Positions 28,093 through 43,000 of a DNA stretch of 64,000 bases are shown one piece after another; within the stretch, counting starts at the first letter, position 1; the number at the start of each line of letters is the position of its first letter. This stretch comes from Phoronis australis (lineage: Eukaryota; Animalia; Phoronida): assembly GCA_002633005.1 (NCBI GenBank), contig NMRA01000055.1, positions 434,001 through 498,000 of the forward strand, in the 5' to 3' direction. The notes under the pieces are model-generated. The model was not told the origin of the DNA. It searched no databases and worked only from the letters and a program-made list of their open reading frames with translations. The position numbers and the translations under genes are program-made.

Positions 28093-31000
28093 CTGAAACA
28101 AGCAACAATCTTTAGAGAACACCTTCTTTGGTCACTTAATCTAGGCGCAAATGCATAGAAATGCGCTCAGCTTGCTGTCTCAAGTATATGCTAGCTAAAC
28201 ACAAAAGTCGATGAGGGTTATCTGCAAAAAATGAGACAATACGGTAATGGCCTCTAAACTACATTGAAGGTTGTAGTAATCAGTGCAAATTCAGTACACA
28301 AGGTTATCATGAGTGAGATCGGTTGTCATCAGGTGATGCAATGATTAATTTCCATTGGCTACCGAAGGTAACCGCCTAAGCACTTGGCTCACCTCAACTG
28401 CATTCTATGAGGATTTAGGCTCGCCAGGCGAAAAGAAATCGAGCAAGTGAGATACTCGCTTCATCACCTCACGAGGCAAAAACTTCAAGGTTCATTTTGG
28501 CATTTTAGAAGCATGTTCTTCTGTCGGCAATTGGCCATATTAAGTATCTGAGTCTCCAAATGTGAACATGAACAACTTATTGAGATTTTTCTTGACATTT
28601 TTCGAGGCCTAGCTAAACTTCCATTGAAGCGCAAATTCAAGCATAGTTTAAACAAAATCTTACTAACATAAATGCAGATTACACATGAAAAACTGATTCC
28701 AGAACTTTCCATGACAGTGTTGGCTGAACTAGTGACGGCAGCGAGAAATGTTTCTGACGCTTAAAAAAATTTACTGATCAATTAAGACAGAGACGATGTT
28801 CTTAAGATACCATCTATTTCCTGGACATTTTGCTGGCCTTTTAACCAGAATTCCACAAATTTTCCGGAAAGCTCACAAAATTTCAGACCTTTTCCAGACT
28901 GTAGCGACTATAACCAGTCAACTGGATTCAGCATTGTACTAAAAATGGTTCCATTTGAAATGATTAGAGTGAAATATTACATAGGCTGACATTGACTGCC
29001 TTCTACTTGAAGAATGTAAAACTTGTTGCAAATCCCAGTTAAGTACATCACATAGTTAGTTGGGATTTTGAAGAACTGTCATCATGAATTGAAGACACAC
29101 CAGAGCACAGATCGACAACAAGTTCTGGAAATCAGTAAGTTGTTATTGTCCCAACTTACCACGTGGGCGGGGCAAGGCTGTATGAACTCTTTGTCACATC
29201 TATCAAATGTTGCATTGTAAATTGGAAAAAATCTGTCCTGAGTGATGTTGGAATGAAGATAGACATAGGCAATACCTTGTTCAGCTGAAAAAAAAACATA
29301 CAGAGTACACACCAGTCCAGGCTGCTTTTAGACTTAAGAAGAGCATCTGACAATATCAATCGTAGCACAAGTTATGCATTGCAGAAAATGCATTCCAGCA
29401 TTACTGTAAAGTCTCACCAACTTAGGACACAATATGACTGAAATGAAATCTTAAAATTTTACTTTTCTGCACGAAGCATAAGTACCACCAAACTTAAATG
29501 CTTTGCCATGTTCAAATTTTGTACCACAGTCACCATAAGACAAAGTTGAAAAAATTGTCACAGCAACAATTAATTGGTGACATTTTTGTACTGCATTACA
29601 CATACAAACAGAAACATAATGTGAGTAGCCATTTTCATTACAAAGATTATAGAAAAATGAGTTGGGCTCATAAATTAAGCAAAACAGTGGACAGTCATTT
29701 GATCTTCTAGTTACTAGTATGATTGTAATTTCCAGATAGACCAGCAAAACATGTAATTGTGCAGACACATACCTCCACTTATCTCCTCTGTAGGGTCCAC
29801 TGTTCTAAATGGAGAGGTGACTATAAGATCATCAAGGCCTTCATCCAGGAGATCTGTAAACTAAGTGCAAATGAACACTGGTTAGAGAGTACATTTGCGT
29901 TTAGGCCAGTGTAGTGAGGTGTATCAAACCCAGGGGCATGTTCCAAGAAACTGGCTAAGTTCAGTTTTGACTTAAGTCTAAGATTTGTGTCAACTTCCAA
30001 ACTTTGAAACTTCCACATCCAGTAAGTTAGTCAAACTTAAGTAAAACACTGAAGTCAAACGGAACGGATTTAAGACAAATTGAAGTTGAGTGTCTTAAAA
30101 TTGACTTAAATTTGAGATTTGTCTTAGCCAAGTCAATTTTCTTGGAATGGGCCACAGACAAATAAATCTATACCCTTAAAACTTAAGACATTAAAAATAA
30201 AATGTTTAAAATAACAGTGTCCAAAATTCCAGTCTAGTGCACAAGTGGAACTTTTATTTTGTTAAATTTCCCAACAGAAAAAAGATTAAGAAAATTTCAT
30301 ACTATTATAAATTTGATGTGTACTGTGTAGATGTCATAAAACAACAGTTGATGAAGTTTACATAATTTGAAGAAAAGTAATCAAAAAGTTTGAAAAATAA
30401 AAACATGGCAATTTTAACAATTAGTTTTGTAAAGAATTGTCTTAAGTCTTAAGGTACTAATTCAAACCACATACTGTAACAGTATTCGCCGTAATAACCG
30501 CCCATGCCCCTATAAGCGCCCCCACGCGTTTTCAGACTTTGCTGAAATAAGCGCCCAGTCCATGAACGTGTACATGGCTTTGCGAACAATGACGTACCTT
30601 CAGTCCTAAAACTCGGCTACAGTAACGTCTTCAATTTATCAAAAAAGTTTTGCATGGGTCTTCTAGACCACCCGCGGCACTGCTACGTTTGTATTTAGCC
30701 GTGACTATACACTTCAAAGTAACACAGCGCTTCAAAAAGAACGCAACAGCGTTGCTACTTTCGCGACGACCGTGTCTCACTATGGTCTGACCTTTCAGTA
30801 GACACATCGACTGTCTCATGAATAAAAATAACTCGGTGTTGAACGCACGTGGCCAGAAAGCGCGCGCTACATATAGGAACCTAGCTGTCATCAAAGACAT
30901 TAGTCGGGAACTATCCATGATATTCATGAAACGGGTAGCATAGCATCGGTAAGAAATGAATATTGGCCCTAATTTCCGACAATTTCTAATACTATAAAAC

Positions 31001-34000
31001 ATGTTTGCGTTATTTTTTAGATGGATTGTTTGATTAAACATAATGGGCAATCTAACTAGCTAGATGTGTCTAAAGAAATTTGCACAAGCAGTAGGCCTAA
31101 ACCAGAGCATGTTTCATTCAGCACTTGCCGGTCTCGTGCTAAAAACATTCAACATTTGTTTTGGTAAGGCCCATATTATGCCGCCCATATTAGTCGCGGT
31201 GTAGCTGGATGCGTACGTAACTGTCTGACAGTTATTTTTCGATGTAAGGGTGTGTAAGCATTCACTGTCAGTTGTCATTTTATCGGATTTGCGTGAGTCG
31301 AAACTATTTTTATTCAAGCATTGAAGTCGCCATATCGAAGACGGCGATTTTGAGGCAGTCAGTCGGCGAGTTTTCGCCCTGGGATTTCAGCACAATTTTC
31401 TGTAAAATGATCGTAATTTAGCAGCAAAGTTTGATAGCAATGCACCACAGCTTTGTTGGAAGTCTTTCATAGATTACAGATACGTCACAGAATGTAAATT
31501 TGATGAATCTTAGCTTCCGATTTCACCCGTTTCGGAGACTGGGTTTCAACCGCCTTGGGTTATAATAAGCGCCCCCCCTGAACCGAACTTTTCTAAGCGC
31601 CCTGGGCGGTTATTACGGCGAATACGGTAGCAGAATGCAGTGACACCTATTGGAGAAGCTGGCACCAAATACTTTTGTTGAAGAAACCAGATTAATTGAA
31701 ACAGCTACCAGTTTGACGATCTTAATAAAAGCATTAGAGTTCACATGAATTTTGATCAACTGCGATTTGCATATTAACCTTTTTGATGTCAAGATTCATA
31801 AAATTGTTAACGTATGGTGAGGACTACATCTGGTCTCAATATCAGCCATTATTTACCGAAAACAGCATTAAATCCATGCTTACTGTCAAAAAGCAAGTTC
31901 CGGCAGTTCTTCCTGGATCCAGACGTCACTTCTAAACTGAGTCAGGGAAAAGATAAGACCAATTTCATTATGCTAATTGGCGTACATGACAGAAGCATGG
32001 GTTTACTGCTGCTTTAAAAGCTTGGTAAACTCTCATTCTTACCAGAACTTTACTGCCAAATCGGTCGAAGAGCCGGTCACCATAAAACATGACCGACCTG
32101 TACTGGACATTCCTCAGCAAAACCGACACGTTGTAGACAGAGACGCCACCTACCTGCGGCAAGTAGGTTTTATATCCTTCCACCAAGCCAATGGTGCCTA
32201 AAGAATTTTACATGACTTGCTTAACAAACAGTGACATTTCGTTCTAACAAAAACAAAATAACTACCAAACGGATAATTAATTAGGCAGAAAAACATCATT
32301 TTCTCAAAAATTCATTTGTAGCTTCAGGGAGAGGAACAATTACTTGGACATGTCTCTGAATTGCAGCTCCCATCCTCCAAACCCCGATTCTGAATCACCA
32401 AGCATCAAGACGCAGTTCAAACTTCAAGACCACTTCCTTAAACTCCACACACACACTGCAAAGCTCCATGCCCAGTCACCTAACTTCAGTACCAACCCAT
32501 GGGTGCATGGCTGGAGTTTGGTTTGTTCACTGCGCAGACGTTTTTTGCATGTGAAGAGTTTACGGATGTGGCTAAGGAATTTGAACCACGCGTCTGATTT
32601 TGTGCTGGTAAAAGATTAGGTTTAGAGGATTGAAGCTGGAATATAGAGGCGCGGCTATGGAATCGTTTCTACTCCCTGAGCTTGGCAGCTATGTTTTGTC
32701 ACGGATCCCTTTAGTACTGGATTCCTGGCATTACAAATTTGAAAACTACACAAGGATTTTTACCTGAAGGAATCTACATAAAAATCCACATTTCAGATTC
32801 GATTGTGTTTCTTTTTAATAGTGAAATGCCAGGAGAGACCCAGTTTACTGTTTGACAAACCCAACAACAAAAAATAAACATCTGACCACAGACTCCAAAT
32901 CTGAGGGACATTCAATTTCTGAAACTCCATTAAAAGGTTTCACAGTAAAAATGTAAATTTTTACTTTTACTGAATAATTTGAACAATTGTATCCGTCATA
33001 GTCCAAACAAATGTTATCACCCTGTTTTAAAAGCATTCAATGTGAAAATTTTTATACAGCTATTTTCTCATAAATGTATAGTGACGACATAATGGAATGC
33101 GCTTAATCACTAGATGGCAGTAGAGTACTTGGTGGACAACGTTCAGCGCCACCTACAGTTCACGCCTGTGATTTCTATGCAGATTTAACAAGGTACTGGG
33201 ATTTTACAGCGTTTTTTTATAAATTCTCTACAATCAACATGCCAAATGATTCATGTTTTGTTTTTGTCAACTGGCGCCATCTTGTTGACCAGAACTAGAA
33301 TTTGCTTCAAGCAAAAAGTCGCTTTTCCTGCTAGAAAGTTATATGTCAGATGTTTGCAATTCACACGAGTCTCAAGACATTTCATTAAATAACTTACTGA
33401 GCCCAGTTTGAGCAATCGCCAACATGTCTGTATACTTCTCGTAAGGGGTACCGATGGAAAAGCTAGATCCTAGGTTCTCGAATTCCGTTTTGCCAACAAA
33501 AACGTGCCTGGGTTTACGAGAGGGCAAGAGTTGGTCGTAGACGAAAAACTTTCCAGTTCTCTGAACATCATCTTGAGAAAAGCTGCAGTTTGCCCTAAAC
33601 ATGCAAAAGGAATTGACAGACACAGATGATCAAATGCATGGTGGTGGGTAATCCACTCACAGCATGTCGCAACCACTGCAAGCTATCACTTAGGAAACGA
33701 CCGCTGCATACAACTAACCAGATTGTGTACACAGGACACAAATATTTGCAGAATTTGCCCTTTTTTAATCTTTCAAAGGCTTCTAACTTTTTTGTGAATG
33801 CCACAATTTTTCAAAATAATGTCTGATGGTTGCCTGTATCCAAACCTTATCAAGGTGTTAATTTGGTATTACATATCTTTCATGGAAAAAATTACAAAAT
33901 AAAATGGCACCTGTCGGCCATATTGAGTCCCGAATTGGTGAGATTTTATCATAAGTGGTGTTTAAGATAGAGCATATATAGTTTGACTAAGGAGATTACT

Positions 34001-37000
34001 GGTCACTCATTACACGATAATTTTCACACGACTCGACAAAGCGAAATGGCATGAACAGATCACGTGACACATTCTTGTAGCAAGCCGAGGCGTCCATTAA
34101 TGCTCCCACTCATCATTCCCACAATGCTACCGAAACACAGTGTTATATACAAACTTTAAGTCAAATGACCATCAAAGTGCGTAGAATGTTCGATTATCAT
34201 ACACGAAAGTTGTACGTCAAAAATCCGTGTGCAAAGACAGAACTGTGACCGCTGTTAAATCCATCTGTAATAGCCAGTCAAACATAAACACCAAGAAAGC
34301 ATACCTCGCACATTTTCTGTAGGTTGGAGAGCCGATCATAAGCCAAATGCCTGAGAAACTTGTTCTCTTGACACCAACACTGTAACCATACCAACCGTAG
34401 TCCTGGTCACCACTAACCGACCAATCAAAATCTGATGTTGATAACATGTGTCCGGCTGTAAAAATAATGCAAACACATTGCTTTGAACACCTTATACTGA
34501 AAAGTACCCATTAATTATTTGCAACAAGATAAATGACAGTATCACAAGATATTAATTTACACCATGTTACTTGTTTTAATACAACAGGTGTTTTTCCAAC
34601 ATTAAGAACACAAACTACTTTTAATAACTATAACTTCAAAACAATCTTAAAAATAAAATGCAACTCCAGAACTGTATTGGGACTTAATTCTATGTGGTAT
34701 TAAACACAGAAAAAGGATGATTACAAACTGGCAACTTCGAACAGAAAACTACATAAGACCAGCGTAGGTACGTAAAGCTACCACTGAAACAAAGACCATG
34801 TAAATGCATAGATCCACAACACGTTTCATCTCTGACACAATGAATGAAGAATTCCTTAGAAGTGGGTATAACCAGCCGCTAACTACTTCAATCCATGTAT
34901 CCCAAATCCAGACAAAATCAGTTTGAGGACATACACTCACCAAACGATTTCTTGGCGTAGATGACTCCTACCAGACCCCGCTGGGAGCCCCCCGCTGCCG
35001 CATACGGGCTTCCAATGACCAGGTCAGCACAGCCATCTCTGTTAAGGTCACCACCGGCCAGACTCCACCCAAGGTTGCAGTAGGTGCTCTGAATTTAAAG
35101 GAACACTACCCAATTTAAAGGAACACTGCCCAATTTAAAGGAACACTGCCAAATTTAAAGGAACACTGCCAAAATTTAAAGGAACACTGCCCAATTTCAA
35201 AAGTAAATACACTAGTTACACAGGCGTAAATTGACCTATCGCCAGGATTGTGAGTGACGGCTAAACTGACCAATTAGAATGCAGCATTATTCAAACACCT
35301 TCGTTTCCAAGCCGCCATTTTACCCGACAAACAACACGTTGCCGGTTAAAAGTTATTGTTTGTTAGTCGACAATACACAAGGGGGCAGAGCTTGCGATAG
35401 GTGAATTCCCACAGCAGTTTGTTAACAGAAATTTGGCACGATAAGAACTGTACGATGACACTTGGCTTTCCTCAATTTCCATCCAAGGTAAATGGCCTAC
35501 TATGTTGCACACCCAGCACAATTAATGAGAAGCAGAATACTGGTGGACTATTAAACACAAAGTCTAATGTAAACTGTAGACTGTAGATAACAAAACTAGC
35601 CAAACTAGAACGATAACACCAGCAGCCTGCGGTGTCCACAGGAGATGTAGTTGCCAACAGCTGGACGCTTTCTTTGAAGATAGCGACGGATTTTAAGGTT
35701 AGCAAACCGGTTGATTTTCCACATCACGACTGGTGTGGGTGTCAATGTGGGATTCTTTTGATGGCAAACGGGATAAAGCGGGTGGGAATCAAATAAATGG
35801 CATACGTACGTGATATAATCTGAGTAAATTCTACCCATTCCCAACCCATGCGGACAAGCTCATGCGTTTTGAGAATGCGCTTGGTCCGACAGGGAATCAG
35901 GCAATACAGTTAAAGTGTCACTTGTGGAAGTCACTTTAAATTGTGACAACTGTCATGCCATAACGCTTTAAAGCCTAACTTCAATGGATTTTTGATATTT
36001 TTGATTATAGCACTGAGCAATCCAGATGCTCCTAGTTTGGCGATATTATGGCTCAGAGGCAATCAGAATTGTGTTCTAAATAGGGATGGGACAGTACACA
36101 ATCATGTTTAGGAATTCCATTCCATTCAATTTCTTAAAAGGAATTGCATTATTTTTCATTTGATTCTAGTCTGTCAAATTAATTCCATTTTTCTCAAACA
36201 CTTCTAGGTCATGTGATGAGGTCAACAGATGGCGTGCTGACCAGACTTAAATGTTTGCAAATTAATACTAAATATATCGACATTTCTCATCTTCACTGAA
36301 TGCATACTGTCTACAAAAGTTTATGGGAGATATGTAAAAAGCAACCGAAACTTGTAAAACATGTCTATATGATTTCAAAATACCTTAAGCTAATTATTAA
36401 CAACTGACACACATCACTGCCTGTATAAATGTGGGCCCAGAAAAAAATTACCGAACACTGTATCGTTACATCTGGCTTGGGCGACAAACCATGTTGACCA
36501 TGACCATAGTAGATGTATACCTCACCCTGAAAATAACACAGGATCTTGATCAGACCTTGAACTAATGAATATGTAAATCTTGAACTTATGAATATGTAAA
36601 CCTTAACCAAGTGTGAAAAGATGGATCATAAACATGTTTAAGTCTGGTCCACACGCCACCTGTTGGCCACATCAAGTGGCGTGCGGAACATTTTGAGTCT
36701 TTGAACTGAGCTCCAACACAAAACACAGGCCAAACAATAAAACACCATACTCTTAAAAGAGATGCCTGGCTGCCAGAAGAAAGTCTAAAAATCTCCGAAG
36801 TCTCTTTGAAGATTTACAACAATTCTTCACATATTTAGCATACAATATGGTGGACAAGGAATTTTTTTCATCAATTTCCTCGTAAAATATAAAGACAAAG
36901 AAACTACTAGTCTACAGTTAGCTTGACTTGTAATGTGTAGACATGTTATTTTGCAATTCACAACTTTATTACGTACCTAACGTGAACAAATTTGTGCTGG

Positions 37001-40000
37001 TTACAATTTCCTATTTTCACAACTCACCCGATAAGTTAATTCAGGGGAACCAACAGAGGGCGCACTCACAGCCAGGTCAGTCACACCATCACAGTTGAAG
37101 TCAACGGCTGCCAATGACCATCCAAACTTCCCATTCTACATAAAAGAAATATGGCGACAAGCTCAAAAGAATGATAAGTCAGTTTTGGGTGGCACCGGGA
37201 TTTAAGACTTTTCTTATTTCAACTTTTCTGTATTGAAAGCCACAATAAACAAGACGTTTCAGTCTTGTTTGAATTGTCCAACAACAAGCCACATTTGACC
37301 ATAAAAGAAAACTTTTACCCTATGGAGGTATACACGGATGTCAAAGCCTATACAAAGTTGTGTTTATACCCAAAATTAGGTGCATTAGCCTATATGCAAA
37401 ACAATTGTGAAATCTAGGAGGAAAATATGACAATAGCGTGTCAATGAAACTTTACACGTTGATGAGAAAATCATCATTGGTAGATCTCCCAGTAGGACAT
37501 CACCAAGGCTGAGTATCATATTTTTATGGATAAGCCCCCCGTGATAGATTTTAGAAGTGATGTCGAAAAGGAAACACTAAAGAAATTTAAGATTCTAAAT
37601 TTGGCAGATGTAAAAATATTATTATCTTTAAAAAAACATCATTTTGGAAACACAGGCATTGACCAAAATATGTGCATATATGGAGAAAGAGAGCAACGAG
37701 CATAACCGTGCATGTATACAGTATAGTACCTGGTGAAGTCCAAGCCTTGAGTCATTGGCGATCAGCTCGATGACATCATCCACCAATGGTAGACCTTGCC
37801 CCGAACCATGTATAAAGTAAACCCTCCCAAGGCCTGCACTATGACCGGGGGCCCCAAAAGCAACATCAAAATGGCCGTCACCATTGAAGTCAGCTGTCAG
37901 AAGACTTCTACAATAATTGTCAAAGAATAGTACTAATTACAGTTATGTACAAGCCAAAGTATTCAGACAAAAGGATCTAGAATGCCCCATCGAGTCAGCC
38001 GGGCAGAAGCCAAATTCATCCTCTGAGCAGTCCTTGAACCGTTATGACAGAGAATGAAGGCAAATAAACAGGGAAGTTTGTGTTTAAGCCAGTAATTAGA
38101 ATCTTGTAGATGTAACGGGAAAACATATTTGGTCCTGTACTGTACAAACCTTCCCAAATCTGCATACGGCTCATTAGTTCTGTAAACTGCGTTTGGTCTT
38201 CTGTATTTCCTTTCTTCCCTTCCTTGCTGGGTATTGCTTGCAGTTTGTTGCAGGCTCTTCCATTTGAGGAGTTCCAAAGTTTCCTGAACGTCAAGAAAAC
38301 ATGACATTGCAGCAAGCACAGTTTTCACAACCAGACAGCAGAAATACAATGTAATCTCACTCAAACTGTTATTTCGACATCAGTTACTCAGAGTTAAACT
38401 GTTATTAATATTAAAGTGAATATTCAGTTTGGTTCTTTATAATTATTTTCCACCATAAAATGTTTGACCCTTCATATCTCATCTAAGTTACCAGTAACTC
38501 TTTCTTCATTTAGGCATTGTACATTAATTAATTGAAAGCTCTAAAAACCTTGACATGGTAATAAATAACAATCAAGATGCCATAAAATCTCACCAATTTA
38601 GGAAGCAATATGGCCTAGAACTGAAATTTCATTTGATCATTTTTGTCATGCTACAAACGCAACGCCAAATTAAATGCTCCTCTATGTTCAATATCTGTAC
38701 CACAGCAACCATCAGACCAAGTTTCAAAAATAGTGGCGAGTCACAACTGTACAACGCTTAATGTCCTTGAAAAATGAAAAGGGCAATTTCGGCAATTATT
38801 TTTGGTCGAAATTAGTGAAACTTCACCGTAATAAGCCAAGTCAGATTGTGTATAAAAACTTCAATTTGCAGAATGAGATGCTTTTCCTGACTCGCTGGAC
38901 ATCACAAGATGAACACACTGTCGCAGAATTGTTACAACAAAATAGATAAATAGTGAGGGCATACTCCTGAATCACTTTTTGTTAATATCACAAACTGGAT
39001 TTAAAAGTTTTGGCGGAACCCTTGGCATCAAGTTGTGCTTTAAAGTAAAAGCACTTCATGCTGCGTTCTCATGATGTCCACGTCGCGTCGGCTCAATCCA
39101 TACAGTCTAGGCTCGACAAAGTACCCATTCTTCAATGACTGACCATTCTCCACATCATTCACTACCTGTCGAGTCTTGCTACAGCGAATGAACAACGGAC
39201 TGCGAGGTACACTGCAGGAACTGTAAATACGTAGCAATTAATACATAACTATAGTATGTTTATTTTGTTGTATCAGTTGTACAAAATTACACAATTATAC
39301 AATACATTACAAAAACGCATGTATCTACATCGTCTCTTCTGCCAACAGTCAGCTAAATTTAAATTATCACCTTCAGCATGACATTATCAAAATGTGTATA
39401 CTGTGAACATCTATTTGACAATTTGAAACCTTCATTAGAACTCGTCAATTAGAAAAGTAGAAATTCCCAATAAATGCATTTCCATGAGACTGCATCATTA
39501 TTTTCTTGACGAACAACTTTTTATATTTAGCCTAATATTGAAATCACCTATGAATCCCAATTTCAAAGAATTAAATGTCAGAGAATAATTTAATAATTTA
39601 TGATTTTCAATGACAATCCAAAATTAAGACTTTTATGGATAGTTTCATTACATTTTCGCAATTGAAATCACCTTTGAGTCCCAATTTTAAGGAATCAAAT
39701 GAAATTAATTTTTTAGTGACTGTCAAAAAATAAGACTTTTTATGGGCAGTTAACGGCCATACAATTTTACTGATAGTTTAAAAGCTACGCATGGTAACAA
39801 ATACATTATGAAAACAAGGCAAAAATTACGAATTCTTCCCATTGAAAGCAATAAAACTTTTGAAAATTACCTATCCCCTTCATTCAATATGTGTATAGCC
39901 TCGTCCCATATGTTAGTCGTCCATACTGCCATGTCATTCATTCCTCCCAGAAAGTAATCAGAGAGCTGATGAACCAGGAACGGGCTCTTGTAGGCGAAGT

Positions 40001-43000
40001 CAGGGAACAGCTGTGTGAAAGAAATGAGGGATGGATACATGTCATGGAAAGGTATAATCCAGGAGTTTTGATTAGACTTCATGAGTCAATATCAAAGTTG
40101 TTAAAAAATTACAGCAGGTCTTTCTGTAAAATAGCCATGTGTCGAATCTAATACTCCCATTTTACAGTTTCATGAGTGGTAGAAAACAGCCATGTGACTG
40201 ACCTAACTTTTGAAAGGCTGGGCCACTAAGACACCTCTGAGTCAAGTCAGATGAGGAAAGAATGTACCACCCAGCTTGTCAAGCTTTTATGTCCTTGCAA
40301 CTAACTCACTGTGTAAAAGAACAATTTTGGTGGCATTAGAATGATGAATAACTAACTTCTTTGATGTGGAATAGTGATAAGCATGGCAGCAGGCAGACAA
40401 AAGCCTGGTCAGTGCACAGCATTGTGGGTAACTATCCCAGAACCAGAGTGGCATCATGGTACTTTGGGATGTGGCTATATCAGGGTTCAAACCACCTGAA
40501 GCTCTAAAAAGTAAGGATTTTGGTTGACTTTTTAAACCTTTTGCTATAATTTGAAAAAATTTTCTGTGTCCTTCATTTATCCTTAAATTTAAATTGATAT
40601 TCCTGGATTTCAAGCACTCGTATGAACACTGGAAAATATAGACTACATTAGCGACAGAAGACGTTTCTAGAATTGACGTTGAAAATCCAGCATCTGTTGT
40701 GATAACCATGTTAATAGATAGTAAGAAACAACAAGTGACATGGAATATTTCTACATAACAAGACACAGAGATGAAACAACAGATGAAATGTAAACAGAAA
40801 GCAGAAAACAAATAATTACAATGTCTTCCATTGAAAGAAATCGCACTCTCAAGTGCACGCACAGATCAACAATTTTCAACGATTGCGCGACAAAGAGCAA
40901 GAGATAACGTAAATGAAAAAGCACACTTACCTTCTTGATGGCCAATTTCTCACCAAGTCTAAAAAATTCATAAAAGAACATGATAAGCAGTAGAGAACTT
41001 GGCATACCAACAAAAACCAAACAATGATACTAATTTAGTTGCCGGTTATTAGTAAGGTCAGCCAATCAAATGTATGAATTGAAAAATCGATTTCTAAACA
41101 TGTAATCACAAGACATGTACAATGAGCATAGTACTATCTAAAAATTCAGTGTACACTCCCATATTACACACGTAGCAGTCTCGCATCATTGTGAGGTTTA
41201 TTTTCAGAAAACTATAACATTACTGAGGTGTAAATGCAGATGGTTCATTTAGTGCAGTAGAAATCATGAAATAAAGATGTTACATCAAGATGGAGAGACG
41301 TTCAAAGTAATTATGCAGACGCATAGCTAGTACTGGATTTAACTTGATTGGGAAAACATTTTGAGCATCTGAAAGCTCAATTTTTGGAAGGCAGGACCAC
41401 ATGATTTTGTTATTTTTGACACAAATTGGGTACACGGAGGCCAAAAATTATTCCTCAGACATCAAAACAACATCCAACAGACAGTGCCTTACCTAGCAAG
41501 AAACATGATGAGAGTACAGTCCTCGATCACCTGACGTGTCATGTTTGTATGTCCTGAGTAATACAACTGGTAGATATTGAACAGATCATCAACGGGGATA
41601 TACCTGTCATCAGACAATAAGAAACTTGAAGATCATTAGGCGTCGAAAGTGAAGCACCAGTTGAAATCAGTTTGTTAAGTAGTGTGGGTGGGTGAATTTC
41701 TAAGCAATTGTAACTTAAATATTTCAAAAGCCACCATTGGGCCAGATACTAACTCTGGTTTCCGTACCGCAAAGGGACGAGAATTAACTCATCTGGATGG
41801 AATGCTAGTCTATCACAGGTTCCAAGTTATGACTGGTACTCATTCATGGCGAGTTGACAGGTCAAGTGCTTTGCTGTAGGGTAATAATCGGATGTAACGT
41901 GCCGGCAATTTGCGAACCAGTTTTCTCTGCTGAAATAACAGGCCTCTAACTGGTTCTCAAAATGCAGGCACTAATGTGACGTCTGATGCACCGCAAATGA
42001 CATCAGACCACCTGCACTGTTTTTTTTTAATGTGACGGGACGTTAGTAACTGTACGTTTTTTGCTATGCTTAGTTAGTCGTTATCGTTCATTTATAATTA
42101 TGCTAATGTCTTTGTTGTGTCTCAATGCACCTTTGTTATGTGGGCATGCGGGCGCGACTGTATGTGTTGGACACTTCGCTAGCGACAGGCTTCAGAGAAG
42201 GGTGTGTTTCCTTCTTTGGCAAATGTGAATTGAGCACATGTAATTTTGAACTGAACTGAAATGTGTGTGTATTAAAGATGAAATACACATTTTGGTGTTC
42301 TTTGGAGATTTGATTTGTTACACTAAAGAGCACAAGAGCATTACCACCATCATCACAAATAACGCAGACACAAATTTTGAAGAAACCTGGAAGACATTGT
42401 GACAAGCAACTCACCACGGTGCTGTACTGTTGATGTAGTCAAGGTTCAACTCAAACTCATTGACAATGTCGCCGCCAACGTCACCGGCACTGTGTGCTTT
42501 GTCAAAAGAACCATGGAAATCGGTCTGTAAAAAAATACAAAGAATTTCGTTAATCTGTAAACAATCTTGACTTTGACGTTATTTAATAGATAATCTCATG
42601 TTCTACGTAAAAGCATGTTTTGTTACCCTCACTCACGTTGCAAACTTTCGAGGCAGTTTACCTTATATTACGCGAGTTTATCAAGTTTGAGAGTACGTTG
42701 TAGTTTCTTGAGTTTATCAAGTTTGAGAGTACGTTGTAGTTTCTTGAATTCTGAAAACAATATAGCGCAACAAGATAATTTTGTTTGAGCAAAATCATAA
42801 ACAAAAAATAAACAGGAAGAAAACTTTAATTACTTCATTTCTTGAACTGCTGTCATTAACAAACACACAATGAACTTTTGAACATTTTTGACAATGTCAT
42901 TAGTTTTTGAAAAGTGAAAAATGGCTACGGGCAACAATTACTTATATTCCAATTTGAGGAAGCTTTACCGCACATCAAAATTATTTTTGATCATGTCAAC

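Noticed and set aside
30631-31050. 139-aa ORF inside the pogo-like element as a transposase
   Set aside because: No HTH or DDE motifs recognised.
40287-40862. Longest ORF in the track (191 aa)
   Set aside because: Intronic in GPLD1, no recognisable motif, and composition is typical of AT-rich non-coding DNA.
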